Assembly: GCA_963744145.1 (NCBI GenBank)
Contig: CAVUSO010000001.1
Span: forward strand, 6,752,001-6,816,000
Origin: an uncultured cyanobacterium
Lineage (GTDB): Bacteria; Cyanobacteriota; Cyanobacteriia; Cyanobacteriales; CAWUOF01
Direction of reading: 5' to 3'
DNA length: 64,000 nucleotides
The notes beneath the pieces are model-generated. The model saw only the letters and a list, made by a program, of their open reading frames with translations. It was not told the origin of the DNA and did not search any database. This document shows, piece by piece, positions 20,201 through 30,129 of the stretch (positions are counted from its first letter, which is position 1; each line of letters begins with the position of its first letter). Made by a program: the position numbers and the translations under genes.

Positions 20201-21397
20201 AATACTAGGATTGCGTTTCTGTTCTTCCCACTTCAACGCCTTACTTAGCAACATTTTATGCTCTTCGTAATAGCTCTCCTCCTCCCTTAAAACATTCAGC
20301 AAATCATCTAAATCCTGACGTAAATCTGCCTCAGTCTGATTATCAGTAAAGTCAATAAATTGTAATCCTCTAATTACTGATGGAATTTGGGCTAAATCTG
20401 TTGGCTTAATTAATAAAGGAATAATCCTTTTATTCAACGAGAGAGCATAGTCAATTTCTTTCTGACAGTAATAAGATTTCAGGGCATCGGTCGAGATTAA
20501 ATAGACAACATTATTTGCTTGTTCAATCCCCCGATTAATTGCTTCATCAAATACTTCTCCAGTTTGAATATCGGTCTGATTTGTCCAAACCGTAATACTT
20601 TCTCGTAATAATATCTCCCTAACTAGGAGCATAGTAGAAACATCTACTTCCGAATAGGAGAGAAACACCTGAGTCATTAAATTGCTTGCATTCTTGATAC
20701 TTTCGCAAATTAACTCACATTGCAATAATGTAGGTTCACAAGGTGCTTGTTCTTCCTTAAATCTCTTTTTTAACCATAACTCTGCCGTCTTTCGTTCTTC
20801 ACCAATTAATAAATAGCGAGTTTGTTTCTGTTGCTTTTCCCACGCGATCGCGAGATTTAAGAAAACAGTATGTTGTTGCACATAGTCTTGATGACGATGA
20901 AAGATGTCGATTAAATCGCTCAATCCTTTCTCAAAATCATCATCTTCTCGAACATAGATCCAATTGATTTTGCCGATGACAGGGTGCATATTAGTATAAC
21001 TAGAATGTTTTCCCTTCTCCTGATAAATTTGCCATTCGGCTTCAGACTTACCAGGATTACGTTGTTGCCAAGTTTCCTGACTAATTTGTTCAACGTGCAG
21101 GAGGGGAATAATTCGTTTTTTTAATTTGATGGCTAGTTCAATTTCTTTGCCACAATACTCAGAATTGACGGAATGGGGCGCAATGATAAAAATAAAGTTA
21201 TCAGCTTTGGTGATCCCATCATCTATTTGATTTTGAAAATCAACACCCAAGGGAATATCATTAGCATCAAACCATACTTTTAACCCTTGATCCTGCAATC
21301 GTTGTTGAAGTTTGGCAGCAAAAGCTTTACTATCTGCCCGACCATAGGAAATAAAAGCGTCGTAAAATTGGGTACTTGGGACTTGAAAATCACTCAT
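17300..21397 (-). CDS. Triple TIR-domain, single-TM, 14x WD40 protein
   Basis: DAFISY, QVFLSY and DVFISY TIR starts, each with CxxE; hydrophobic LLVLRLMLGIMTLLVAIAAIAIKIAL; 14 WD40 repeats. Confidence 0.92.
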   Translation of the reverse strand: MSDFQVPSTQFYDAFISYGRADSKAFAAKLQQRLQDQGLKVWFDANDIPLGVDFQNQIDDGITKADNFIFIIAPHSVNSEYCGKEIELAIKLKKRIIPLLHVEQISQETWQQRNPGKSEAEWQIYQEKGKHSSYTNMHPVIGKINWIYVREDDDFEKGLSDLIDIFHRHQDYVQQHTVFLNLAIAWEKQQKQTRYLLIGEERKTAELWLKKRFKEEQAPCEPTLLQCELICESIKNASNLMTQVFLSYSEVDVSTMLLVREILLRESITVWTNQTDIQTGEVFDEAINRGIEQANNVVYLISTDALKSYYCQKEIDYALSLNKRIIPLLIKPTDLAQIPSVIRGLQFIDFTDNQTEADLRQDLDDLLNVLREEESYYEEHKMLLSKALKWEEQKRNPSILLRGYNLRHAKIWLEGAEQKTLHQPTTLQKEFIDASLHQPPAASLDVFISYSRSDSDLARVLNDELQVRGKTTWFDQESIASGADFQKEIYLGIESADNFLFILSPRSINSPFCADEVEYAAKLNKRFITVLHQDVNTTELHPELAKVQWIDFRQKEGEFYANVNQLLKTLDTDREYIQSHTKWLRRAIEWENQDQNNDLLLRGSEFAIADDWFQKASKYKKQPPITELQTKFIESSRAFDAVEKQKKRGLLVLRLMLGIMTLLVAIAAIAIKIALDSDRNAKLIGIKAQGEYALSLLYPRDEKFDALITAIKAGKTMQKENISEIAVTAALGISIFDVKEHNRLVKHSSFVHSVSFSSDGQILASGSKDKTIKLWDVKTGKELRTLSGHGDGVSSVSFSSDGQILASGSKDKTIKLWDVKTGKELRTLKGHSDGVISVSFSPDGHTLASGSKDKTIKLWDVKTGKELRTLKGHSDGVISVSFSPNGHTLASGSKDKTIKLWDVKTGKELRTLSGHSDGVISVSFSPDGKNLASGSKDKTIKLWDVKTGKELRTLSGHSDGVISVSFSPDGHTLASGSSDKTIKLWDVKTEQELGTLSGHSDGVISVSFSPDGHTLASGSSDKTIKLWDVKTEQELGTLSGHSRGVNSVSFSPDGQTLASGSFDKTIKLWDVKTGKELRTLKGHSSFVFSVSFSPDGQTLASGSDDKTIKLWDVKTGKELRTLKGHNNGVISVSFSPDGQTLASGSDDKTIKLWDVKTGKELRTLKGHNNGVISVSFSPDGHTLASGSFDKTIKLWDVKTGKELRTLEGHSDGVISVSFSPDGHTLASGSFDKMIKLWDVKTGQELRTLSSHRDPVHSVRFSPDGKNLASGSWDKTIKLWDVKTGQELRTLSGHSNAVSSVSFSPDGHTLASGSGDKTIKLWKLEFGLNYLLGRGCEWLSAYLHNPDSGVNESDRHICDDISIKKN
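17432..19160 (-). repeat. 126-bp tandem repeat array (14 WD40 units) with high internal DNA identity
   Basis: TGTCTTGACATCCCATAGTTTGATC recurs every 126 bp. Confidence 0.95.
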
Positions 21398-21556
21398 AGG
21401 AATGTTTAAAATATTTGTAGAGATTAATTTTACAATAAATGCTGTTCCCTCAATAAATTTTTGTAAAATATCCCGTGGTAACTATCCAAGTCATCAGGCT
21501 AATCTAGCAGTTAGAATCGCGATCGCTCATAACTAGCCTAAAGTTAATACTAACTA

Positions 21557-21801
21557 ATACCAATTGACTATGAAGATACATTGATCAGATTGATCTGTGG
21601 GTGAGGGTGGGTTTTGATGATTAGTGGGTAAATAGCAAAAATCTCGGTGAACCCACCCCTACAGAAATCCACAAATTAAGGATAAAATTCGTAGGGGCAG
21701 GTTCACCAATCAATTCTGTTACCAACAGATCGACCTGATAAACCTGCCCTGACCTAACAGATCAATGTCAAATTAAGTGCAATTTTATGGATCATTGGGA
21801 T
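21557..21801. mobile_element. MITE-like element: ATACCAATT shell with a GTAG-REP doublet
   Basis: Close homolog at 38936-39180; core AGGGTGGGTT..AACCCACCCCTAC / GTAGGGGCAGGTT..AAACCTGCCC. Confidence 0.8.
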
Positions 21802-21923
21802 AAGGCAATTAATCAATATAGCGATCGCTCTTCATCTGTCTGAAAGTTTACGCTTGAGAATGCGATCGGAGTCTAGTCTCTAGTAAAATAGTATCTAAAT
21901 ACCAGTAATAACAACCACCAATT

Positions 21924-22562
21924 ATGGTACAGACTATTCAAGCTAAAGAAATAAACTTGCGCTATTTAATTGATAAATTTGGTCTTCAGCTAATGGAAGA
22001 TGACCAATTTTTCAGTGAATGGCAAAATAATTTGCCAGAAATTTCCGATTTAGATAAACAACTTTTAGATAAAGTGAAAGCAGGTTATATCAACCTACTT
22101 AATTACCCACCACTACTAGAAGATGTAGTCAGAATGGCTGTACTAGATCCGGTTTTATTTATCGGAGACTTTTACTTATATCCTTTTTACGTCAAATCGG
22201 AAGAATCCATTGATATTGCTTTAGAAGATGACAATATAATTATCAAAGGGAAGATTGACACATTAATTTTAAAAGATCAACTTTGGCTAATGGTAATTGA
22301 ATCTAAGAAAGCATCATTTTCCATTGAAGAAGGACTTGCTCAAATTCTTGTATATATGCTGGCTAATCCCAATCCAGAAAAACCGAGTTATGGGATGATT
22401 ACTACAGGGGGTAGTTTTATATTTATCAAATTAGTCAACGGAGAAATACCCCATTATACTACATCAAATATATTTGAACTTCGCAATCGTGGTAACGATT
22501 TATACCAGGTTCACCGCATCCTTAAAAATCTCTGTAAATTAGTGATTAACAATAGTTATTGA
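21924..22562 (+). CDS. HsdR-N-like / PD-(D/E)XK restriction endonuclease-like protein
   Basis: GKIDTLIL...VIESKK...AQILVYM...YGMITTG; paralog of the gene at 49895. Confidence 0.75.
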   Translation: MVQTIQAKEINLRYLIDKFGLQLMEDDQFFSEWQNNLPEISDLDKQLLDKVKAGYINLLNYPPLLEDVVRMAVLDPVLFIGDFYLYPFYVKSEESIDIALEDDNIIIKGKIDTLILKDQLWLMVIESKKASFSIEEGLAQILVYMLANPNPEKPSYGMITTGGSFIFIKLVNGEIPHYTTSNIFELRNRGNDLYQVHRILKNLCKLVINNSY

Positions 22563-22602
22563 CATTTTTGAGATTTTAGATTAACTGGGGATTCTAATAA
22601 GT

Positions 22603-23022
22603 TCACCCATTTTCCTGATCAATTAGTGTTTCTGTTTCATTAGAATGAGAGAAAATTTTACCCAACATATATCGAGGTGGAAATTGGGCAAGATCTACCG
22701 CTTTAATCGGTTGAAACTGGGCAGAAGCTGGCACAAAACATATACCTGTTTTCTTTACTCCTGGCATGAAGCTATTTACTTGTTTAATGATAATTTTAAT
22801 ATGTTCGGTTAATTCCTCGGCGATCGATTGGCTAGATGCAACCATAAAAAAAGTCCTAATTCCCGTCGAATCAGCCACAAGAGCAAAATAGCTCTCTTGG
22901 AGAAGTTTTTGGATATCAGGCTCAAAAGATTGACAGAAATATTTTAATAAAGCTGCATACCAAGATTCATAGAGAATTTTATCGTCATCAGCGGTTGGGG
23001 AAAACATTACTAGCTCCTTCAA
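22603..23022 (-). CDS. Hypothetical protein
   Basis: 139-aa ORF with plausible composition. Confidence 0.6.
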   Translation of the reverse strand: MKELVMFSPTADDDKILYESWYAALLKYFCQSFEPDIQKLLQESYFALVADSTGIRTFFMVASSQSIAEELTEHIKIIIKQVNSFMPGVKKTGICFVPASAQFQPIKAVDLAQFPPRYMLGKIFSHSNETETLIDQENG

Positions 23023-23173
23023 GACTCTGCCTTGTTTTTCGACTGAAATATTCTAGATAATCTCAATATCTATGATCTGGACAAGATTTGCTGCGATCGC
23101 CGTCTTCAGTGTAGGTGATAGTTATCAGCTTTCTTTAGTGATAAAGTTTTGGCATTTTCAGTGATTTCTATCT

Positions 23174-23205
23174 ACTTTTGCAGTGATCAAGATCACTGCA
23201 AAAGT
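23174..23205. terminator. Perfect hairpin downstream of panC-cmk
   Basis: ACTTTTGCAGTGATC-AA-GATCACTGCAAAAGT. Confidence 0.65.
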
Positions 23206-23225
23206 CAATTCGTTAGCTTGGTTGT

Positions 23226-24776
23226 TTATTCGTTGCCTTGAATTTTCTGGTAATAAAGTTTAACAATCCGTTCGCGAACTTCCTCAATTTTCAGACCATC
23301 AGTGGAAATTTCCACCGCATCGGCTGCTTGTTCTAGGGGTGCTACCTGACGAGAGCGATCTTGATGATCACGTTGATTAATTGCTGTCTCTAATTGTGCC
23401 AAACTAATCAGACCATGACCCTGAGCTTGAAAATCCTGTTGACGACGACGGGCTCGTTCTTGGACCGAAGCAGTCAAGAAAATCTTGACATCAGCATCGG
23501 GGAAAACCTGAGTGCCAATATCACGACCTTCCGCTACCAGACCACCTTTTTTTCCATATCGCTGTTGTTGTTTTAGCAACGCTTGTCTGACTGCTGGTTG
23601 AGCGGCGATCGCTGACACTCGCTCTGTGACCTCTAGACTACGAATAGCTTGAGTGACATCAAAATTATTAATGAAAATTTGGGTAGGAAGCATCGGGGAT
23701 AATTTTTCTTCCCCATTTTCCCAAGTCTGAAAATTAATTTCACACAAACTGGCTAATTCAGCCACTGCGGGTTCATCATCAACGGGGATTTCTGAGTGTA
23801 AAACTAACCAAGTCAAAGCGCGATACATCGCACCAGTATCCAAATATAACAGCCCTAAATCTTGGGCCACTTGCCGCGCCACCGTCGATTTCCCAGCCCC
23901 TGCTGGTCCATCGATCGCCACAATTGGTTGACGATCGCGTAAAAGTAGATTATCAATTAAACGAGTCGAGCCAACCCGAGCCGCGAGCGCGAGCAATCCG
24001 ATGTCCTCAACCTCCTTTAAAGGAATCAAAGTAGTGGGATGAACCAATTCAACATACTCCATTTGTACATTTGGCATCAGCGCCAATTCAATTTTCACTC
24101 GTTCAATTATACTGGTGCTAACTCGCACTCCACTCCTAAACGCAATTTGTCCCTGCCGTAAACTTTGATATAAAATTGTCGCCTGTTCTTTTTCTGCTGG
24201 AGTGAGATACTGATTGCGGGAACTACAAGCCAATCCACTCGACTCCCGTAAAGTCGGACAAACGACGATCGTCACTGGAATATTTAGATCTATGACTAAT
24301 TTTTGAATAATTGCTACTTGTTGAGCATCTTTCTGGCCAAAATAAGCTCGCGTGGGCTGAACTATATTAAACAGTTTGACTACAATTGACCCGACTCCCG
24401 GAAAATGGCCAGGTCGAACAATTCCACACAAAACCGAGGTCATTGCTGGTGAGGGCAATACCTGAGTCGAAATATTGGTTATGCCCATTTCCTCAGCCAA
24501 GGGCATAAAAACTGCATCTACTCCCGCATCTTCACATTGCTTTAAGTCTTCAGCTAAAGTTTGGGGATATTTTTGCAAATCCTCATTTGGGCCAAATTGG
24601 AGAGGATTCACAAAAATGCTGACCACTACAATTTTATTTTCTTGACGCGCCCGTTGGATTAAACTCAAATGACCCAAGTGTAATGCTCCCATCGTGGGAA
24701 CAAAGCCGATTGACGCTATTGATGGAGATAAACCTAAAAAAGCACGTATGCCAGCAATAGTAGTTAATAGGCGCAC
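23226..24776 (-). CDS. panC/cmk: Bifunctional pantoate--beta-alanine ligase / cytidylate kinase
   Basis: VPTMGALHLGH, FGQKDAQQ, then IDGPAGAGKST and AEGRDIG; likely GTG start at 24776. Confidence 0.96.
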   Translation of the reverse strand: MRLLTTIAGIRAFLGLSPSIASIGFVPTMGALHLGHLSLIQRARQENKIVVVSIFVNPLQFGPNEDLQKYPQTLAEDLKQCEDAGVDAVFMPLAEEMGITNISTQVLPSPAMTSVLCGIVRPGHFPGVGSIVVKLFNIVQPTRAYFGQKDAQQVAIIQKLVIDLNIPVTIVVCPTLRESSGLACSSRNQYLTPAEKEQATILYQSLRQGQIAFRSGVRVSTSIIERVKIELALMPNVQMEYVELVHPTTLIPLKEVEDIGLLALAARVGSTRLIDNLLLRDRQPIVAIDGPAGAGKSTVARQVAQDLGLLYLDTGAMYRALTWLVLHSEIPVDDEPAVAELASLCEINFQTWENGEEKLSPMLPTQIFINNFDVTQAIRSLEVTERVSAIAAQPAVRQALLKQQQRYGKKGGLVAEGRDIGTQVFPDADVKIFLTASVQERARRRQQDFQAQGHGLISLAQLETAINQRDHQDRSRQVAPLEQAADAVEISTDGLKIEEVRERIVKLYYQKIQGNE

Positions 24777-24895
24777 TCTTAGTACTCCCCAAAAATTGAT
24801 TCGGGCTGCCAACTCCGGCTCGAACTTTTGGGGTGATCAAGACAAGCCTTTCCTACCATAATTTAGGAATGTGGTAGAGACGGTGATTGGACAAT

Positions 24896-26023
24896 TCACC
24901 TTCTGGCTTGTTGTTCGCCCAAAATTTCTAAGCGTACTGGCGCAACTCCAGTATGCACCATTCCTAGCATCTGAGCAGCACCAAAAGACAGGTCAATAAT
25001 CCGATCGCCCTCATAAGGTCCACGATCATTAATCCGCACAATCACCGAGCGACCATTATCTAGATTGGTGACTTTTACTTGTGTCCCAAAAGGGAGATCT
25101 TGATGTGCTGCGGTCATCTCATTCGCATCAAATATTTCCCCACTGGCACTTAGCTGGCCATCAAATCCTGGACCATACCAAGATGCCCATCCCGAGATCA
25201 CGCGGATGACAACTGGTCCAATGGCAATTTCTTGACCTTTGGGTTTGGGTTGACCAGGAATCTCTAGGATTGGTGGAGCATTAGCGATCAAACGACGTAG
25301 TCGATTAGTGATTTGGAGTGCGTCTTGCTGATAACTATGGGTAGTATTGGGCAATATCGCTTGAGAGTTAATTTCGACTAACTCTTGGCCATTGACCCGG
25401 ATGCTATAATGATTGTTTTTGCTGGGAGTTGGTAACAGGGAGATGGTTTTCTCGTCAGCCCCATCACGGCTGATTTGATTGAGTTTGGACGCGATCGCAC
25501 TAGCTTTCCACACTGGATCGGCTGGATTGTCCTGGGTGGTCGAGACAATATATTCCAAGGAGTTGTTCCAGTTGTTGCTAGATGGGGTAACTTCTCTAGC
25601 TTTACCCACATAGTTAAAAATGGGATGATTTTTCTGGGAACAACTATTCTGGGTGGCACCTGTTTGAGCTAGATTTTCGAGAGTAACCGGTCCAGTCCCA
25701 ATCAGGGTGATGACGGGAATATTGCGAACATAAACCGTTGCTGCGGTATGACCATCTAATTCATGGGTTTGAATTTTGGCGATCGCACTCAACGCTAGAT
25801 CATCACCACAGGTTTCTTCCCCGTGATTACATGATTGATATTCTCCAACTTTTTGCACCTCAAGCATTTGTTGGTTTGAATGCACCGTTGGTTGGTTAGA
25901 AGCTTTTGGTTTTGCTGGAGAACTAAAATCTGCTGCTACGGATTGCTGGGCCCGGCTTGATGAGATTGTCATCAGAGTTGTACCTAGCAAAACAGCAGTA
26001 GTCCAAGAAAATTTTTGTTTCAT
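24896..26023 (-). CDS. rlpA: Septal ring lytic transglycosylase RlpA family protein
   Basis: GWASWYG, TAAH, VRINDRGP, IIDLS; signal-like N-terminus from MKQKFSW. Confidence 0.92.
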   Translation of the reverse strand: MKQKFSWTTAVLLGTTLMTISSSRAQQSVAADFSSPAKPKASNQPTVHSNQQMLEVQKVGEYQSCNHGEETCGDDLALSAIAKIQTHELDGHTAATVYVRNIPVITLIGTGPVTLENLAQTGATQNSCSQKNHPIFNYVGKAREVTPSSNNWNNSLEYIVSTTQDNPADPVWKASAIASKLNQISRDGADEKTISLLPTPSKNNHYSIRVNGQELVEINSQAILPNTTHSYQQDALQITNRLRRLIANAPPILEIPGQPKPKGQEIAIGPVVIRVISGWASWYGPGFDGQLSASGEIFDANEMTAAHQDLPFGTQVKVTNLDNGRSVIVRINDRGPYEGDRIIDLSFGAAQMLGMVHTGVAPVRLEILGEQQARR

Positions 26024-26408
26024 AAGCCATCTGTGAAGAGCACTTTTGAATCTAGTTTTGATTTGCTTTAGGTTGTCCTCAATCGCAATCAAATATCCTG
26101 ACAGACTCGTACTCGTTCTGTATTCACCTTTGGTTTTCCAACTGCAACAGATTAACATGAAGTTTTCTAATTGGGGATCAGTGTCCCCACGACCATCTTT
26201 ATAATTTTTGGAAAAAATTAAAGTTTACATCCCGGAAAAATGTGACAAGATAAGGGTTTTACGATTTTTGCCCCTACCCCGATTTTCGTGAAAAATTTAT
26301 CTAAAATTTATTTTTTTTATTAGGATAATATTGAGCTACTCGCCAAAATTAGGCCAATTCCTCGCCCCAGAAGCTGGTGATGATTAGACAAGAAAGCAAA
26401 AATAAATA

Positions 26409-26432
26409 GGACAGTCAAGATGACTGTCCCAC
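26409..26432 (+). repeat. Solo hairpin repeat, variant of the 11.7/30.0-kb unit
   Basis: GGACAGTCAAGATGACTGTCCCAC. Confidence 0.75.
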
Positions 26433-26480
26433 AAAGGATGTACAATACTTCGTGCAAATACTAGCTGAAACAGTATTTTC

Positions 26481-27512
26481 ATGGACTATCGAGACGCAGG
26501 AGTAGACGTAGCGGCGGGTCGCGCTTTTGTGGAAAAAATCCGGAATATGGTCCAAAGTACCCATCGACCAGAAGTTTTAGGTGGACTCGGTGGGTTCAGT
26601 GGTTGGTTCCAGGTGCCCGCAGGACTAAAGGAACCAGTTTTAGTATCAGGAACTGATGGTGTTGGGACTAAGCTCAAACTGGCTCAGACCCTGAATCAAC
26701 ATGGCACGATCGGCATTGATTTGGTGGCCATGTGTGTTAACGATGTCCTGACTTCTGGAGCAGCACCCCTATTTTTTTTAGATTACTTAGCTACTGGTAA
26801 ACTTAACCCAGAACAATTAACCCAGGTAGTTTCGGGCATTACTGATGGTTGTAAACAATCAGGATGTGCCCTATTGGGAGGAGAAACCGCAGAAATGCCA
26901 GGATTTTACCAACCAGGAGAATATGATCTGGCCGGATTTTGTGTGGGCATAGTCGAAAAGAGCAAACTATTAGATGGCTCTCAAGTCCAGTTGGGAGATT
27001 TGGCGATCGGGTTAACCAGTGATGGTGTTCACAGTAACGGCTTTAGCTTAGTCCGTCAAATTGTGGAGATGAGTAGATGTGATTGGTCTACATCCCCCCC
27101 GATGCTCGGAGGTAAAAGTTTAGGAGAAGTTTTACTCACACCGACTCGGATTTACGTCAAACCGATTTTAGGGGCTTTAACGACGGATCTGGTGATTCAT
27201 GGGATGGCTCATATCACTGGTGGTGGTTTACCAGAAAATCTCCCCAGAGCTTTGGGTGTTGATCAATCAATCCAAATTCACCCGGATAGTTGGCCCGTGC
27301 CACCGATTTTTCATTGGTTAGCTGAACAAGGCCAGGTGAGGGCGATCGAGATGTTTAATACTTTCAATATGGGAATTGGTTTTGTGGTGTTGGTGCCCCC
27401 CACTCAAGCAGAACTGATGCTCCAATGGTTAAGTAGCCAAAATCTGGCAGCCTATATCATTGGCGAAGTGATTCATGGTGAAGGTAAACTGATGGGGTTG
27501 CCTCATGGTTGA
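26481..27512 (+). CDS. purM: Phosphoribosylformylglycinamidine cyclo-ligase
   Basis: [37 protein letters not shown]. Confidence 0.97.
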   Translation: MDYRDAGVDVAAGRAFVEKIRNMVQSTHRPEVLGGLGGFSGWFQVPAGLKEPVLVSGTDGVGTKLKLAQTLNQHGTIGIDLVAMCVNDVLTSGAAPLFFLDYLATGKLNPEQLTQVVSGITDGCKQSGCALLGGETAEMPGFYQPGEYDLAGFCVGIVEKSKLLDGSQVQLGDLAIGLTSDGVHSNGFSLVRQIVEMSRCDWSTSPPMLGGKSLGEVLLTPTRIYVKPILGALTTDLVIHGMAHITGGGLPENLPRALGVDQSIQIHPDSWPVPPIFHWLAEQGQVRAIEMFNTFNMGIGFVVLVPPTQAELMLQWLSSQNLAAYIIGEVIHGEGKLMGLPHG

Positions 27513-27562
27513 CCATCAAACAGATCAACTTTTTTCTGAATAATCAATAGGTAAAAATAGCT

Positions 27563-28765
27563 GTGGCGATCGCAGAAAGCATTGGTATCGGTCTAGGAAT
27601 ATCGGCTCTGGGCTTAGGAGCGGCAGGATTAGCGCTAGAATTACAATATCGCCGCCGTCCTGGTAATGATTTAGAATTAACCCTAGGAGACTGGCAACTA
27701 GAAGTAACTGAACCCCAGCGTTATCTCTTGGTTGGGGAAATGGAATTTCAGAATCGGACCCAGAATTTAGAAATCATGTTGCCGGAAGTTAATGCTGAGG
27801 TAACTTTATTATCTAAAGGTAGTGTTAAAGGAATTTCTCATCAGATTGAAGTGATCCCGGCTCATGCAGATGCTCCCGCTCGAACTGATGGTTACTGGTT
27901 TGGGTATATTGTCAAAGTCAAAAAAACTACTCGGATTAAAGTTAAGCTGGAAATATTAGGCCAAGATTTAAGTCAATTGGAAACAGCTTGGATCAGGGTA
28001 AATTACGTTACTTATGGGCCACAAGGACGAGTCCCAAAAGTACGTCACGTAGTTGTCCCGTTAAAATACCCAGAACCAGTAGCAAATTTGGCTTGGCGTA
28101 CTGTCAATGATATCCAAGTTTTACCAATTCGGACTCATTTACTGAGTCATCTAGACGAGCCAGTGGCGATCGTCAAACGTTATATTCTGCCCTATAGTCA
28201 GCCCGGGGATGTGGTGACGATTGGGGAAACCCCGATCGCCATTATGCAAGGACGATGGCACCATCCCACTCAAGTGAAACCAGGATGGGTAGCTAAACGC
28301 CTATGTTATTTTTTTCTACCCACATCTAGTTTAGCGACAGCTTGTGGTTTGCAAAGCTTAGTTGATCTGGTCGGACCAATGCGAGTAGTAGCGGCTTTTC
28401 TGATTGGCGCGATCGCTAAAGTATTTGGTCAACCAGGAGTTTTTTATCAACTTGCGGGTGAACAAGCTAGACTCATCGATGATGTCACTGGCACTTTACC
28501 CCCTTACGATCAATTTATTGTTCTCGGACCAGAAAACCCCCAACAAGTTGTGGATGAGATTAAAAAAGCAACGGGTTTATCTGCGGCAATTGTAGACGTT
28601 AACGACTTAAAAGCAGTTAAGATATTGGCAGCAACCTCTGATGTTTCGAGCCAAATGCTCGAACAAGCATTGAGAAGCAATCCGGCTGGGAATGCTGATG
28701 AGCAAACACCTGTAGTTCTAGTTCGCCCCGATGGAAAGGCACAAGTAAACCAGAAAAATATCTAA
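27563..28765 (+). CDS. F420-0:gamma-glutamyl ligase (CofE)-like protein with N-terminal membrane anchor
   Basis: C-terminal IDDVTGTLPPYD, AIVDVNDL, NPAGNADEQTP motifs. Confidence 0.75.
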   Translation: MAIAESIGIGLGISALGLGAAGLALELQYRRRPGNDLELTLGDWQLEVTEPQRYLLVGEMEFQNRTQNLEIMLPEVNAEVTLLSKGSVKGISHQIEVIPAHADAPARTDGYWFGYIVKVKKTTRIKVKLEILGQDLSQLETAWIRVNYVTYGPQGRVPKVRHVVVPLKYPEPVANLAWRTVNDIQVLPIRTHLLSHLDEPVAIVKRYILPYSQPGDVVTIGETPIAIMQGRWHHPTQVKPGWVAKRLCYFFLPTSSLATACGLQSLVDLVGPMRVVAAFLIGAIAKVFGQPGVFYQLAGEQARLIDDVTGTLPPYDQFIVLGPENPQQVVDEIKKATGLSAAIVDVNDLKAVKILAATSDVSSQMLEQALRSNPAGNADEQTPVVLVRPDGKAQVNQKNI

Positions 28766-28839
28766 TTTGCTCTTGTTTACGATTTGACCAATAACTGTTT
28801 TTGCTGTCAATCGAGGCCCAAAAAGCGGCTTTACCTACG

Positions 28840-30018
28840 ATGAATCTATTTTTGCGCCAAAATCCAGATGTGATCGTTCGTCCCCTGCAATATCGGGACT
28901 TAGAAATGCTGGAACGACTTCTTCACCAAGCACCAGAAACTTTAACAGAGCTGGAATTGGGCTCTCTAATTGCTCAAATTGCACAGATTCGTCGCTGGTA
29001 TGGGCCGCTAAAGTGCTTGAGTCTATTTCCTAACCCGTTACAATATCTATTTTGGATATATGTAGTCCAGGCAGATGGCCAAATTCGGGGCATGATCAAA
29101 ATCTCGCCCTTTAATCGGACTCGGAGCACCTGGAGAGTCGATGAAGTAGTAGTTGACCCACAAGAATCTAGTCATGGAATTGGGTCTCAACTCCTCCGTC
29201 ATTGCTTTGAAGCAATTTGGGAAGCTAGAACTTGGTTGTTAGAAGTTAATGTCAATGACAAAACTAAAATCGCAATTTATCGCCAAAATGGGTTTCAACC
29301 CTTAGCGAAAATGACTTATTGGGCGATCGCACCGGACAAAGTGAAGGAATTAGCCGATCGCGAGCCAGATTTACCAAATCTTTTACCTGTCAGCAACGCG
29401 GATGCTCATTTGCTTTATCAACTTGATACAGCTTCTATGCCCCCCTTAGTGCGTCAGGTATTCGATCGTCATATTCACGACTTCAAAACTACCTTTTTCG
29501 GGGCTTTAATTGAAGGGTTTAAACAATGGTTCAATCAAACTGAAGTAGTTAGTGGCTATGTGTTTGAACCCCAGCGGAAAGCGGCGATCGGACACTTTCA
29601 AATGCGTTTGTGTCGTCAAGATGCTTTAGTCGCTCATGCTAGTCTGACAGTTCATCCTGCTTATACCTGGCTATATCCAGAATTACTCTCGCAGATGGCC
29701 CGAATTGCCCAAGATTTCCCACCTCAATCCTTATATCTAGCTTCGGCTGATTATCAGCAAGAACGCGAAGAATATTTAGAGCAAATCGGAGCGATCAGAA
29801 TTGCCCACACCCTCTTGATGTCTCGTTCGGTCTGGCATAAAATCAGGGAATCGAGGCGAGTTGCTCTGGAAGGACTTCAGTTGTCTGATGTCTTTCAGGG
29901 ACTTCAACCAGCCCATAAACCAATCCCAGGAAGAATGTCCTGGAGCAGTTCACCGCCGGTCGAACTGGGGACAGGGGAATCCCCACCAGAAATTACTGAG
30001 GTAGAACCAAATGGGTAA
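28840..30018 (+). CDS. GNAT family N-acetyltransferase
   Basis: GIGSQLLR...LEVN...YRQNGF. Confidence 0.85.
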   Translation: MNLFLRQNPDVIVRPLQYRDLEMLERLLHQAPETLTELELGSLIAQIAQIRRWYGPLKCLSLFPNPLQYLFWIYVVQADGQIRGMIKISPFNRTRSTWRVDEVVVDPQESSHGIGSQLLRHCFEAIWEARTWLLEVNVNDKTKIAIYRQNGFQPLAKMTYWAIAPDKVKELADREPDLPNLLPVSNADAHLLYQLDTASMPPLVRQVFDRHIHDFKTTFFGALIEGFKQWFNQTEVVSGYVFEPQRKAAIGHFQMRLCRQDALVAHASLTVHPAYTWLYPELLSQMARIAQDFPPQSLYLASADYQQEREEYLEQIGAIRIAHTLLMSRSVWHKIRESRRVALEGLQLSDVFQGLQPAHKPIPGRMSWSSSPPVELGTGESPPEITEVEPNG

Positions 30019-30110
30019 TTTATGGACAGGCAAGATGCCTGTCCCACAAGAGTTTTTGGGGTTGTGGGACAGGCATCTTGCCTGTCCTAGTTATTTTTGC
30101 AAGAAGTCTA
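30014..30110. mobile_element. Partial copy of the 11674-11796 element (left end lost)
   Basis: Same hairpin doublet and right end TTTTGCAAGAAGTCTA; overlaps the GNAT stop codon. Confidence 0.8.
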
Positions 30111-30129
30111 TTGACATCAAGGGCAAAAA

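Noticed and set aside
23226..24776. panC-cmk fusion and stand-alone ureEFG as novelties
   Set aside because: Both are common arrangements in cyanobacteria
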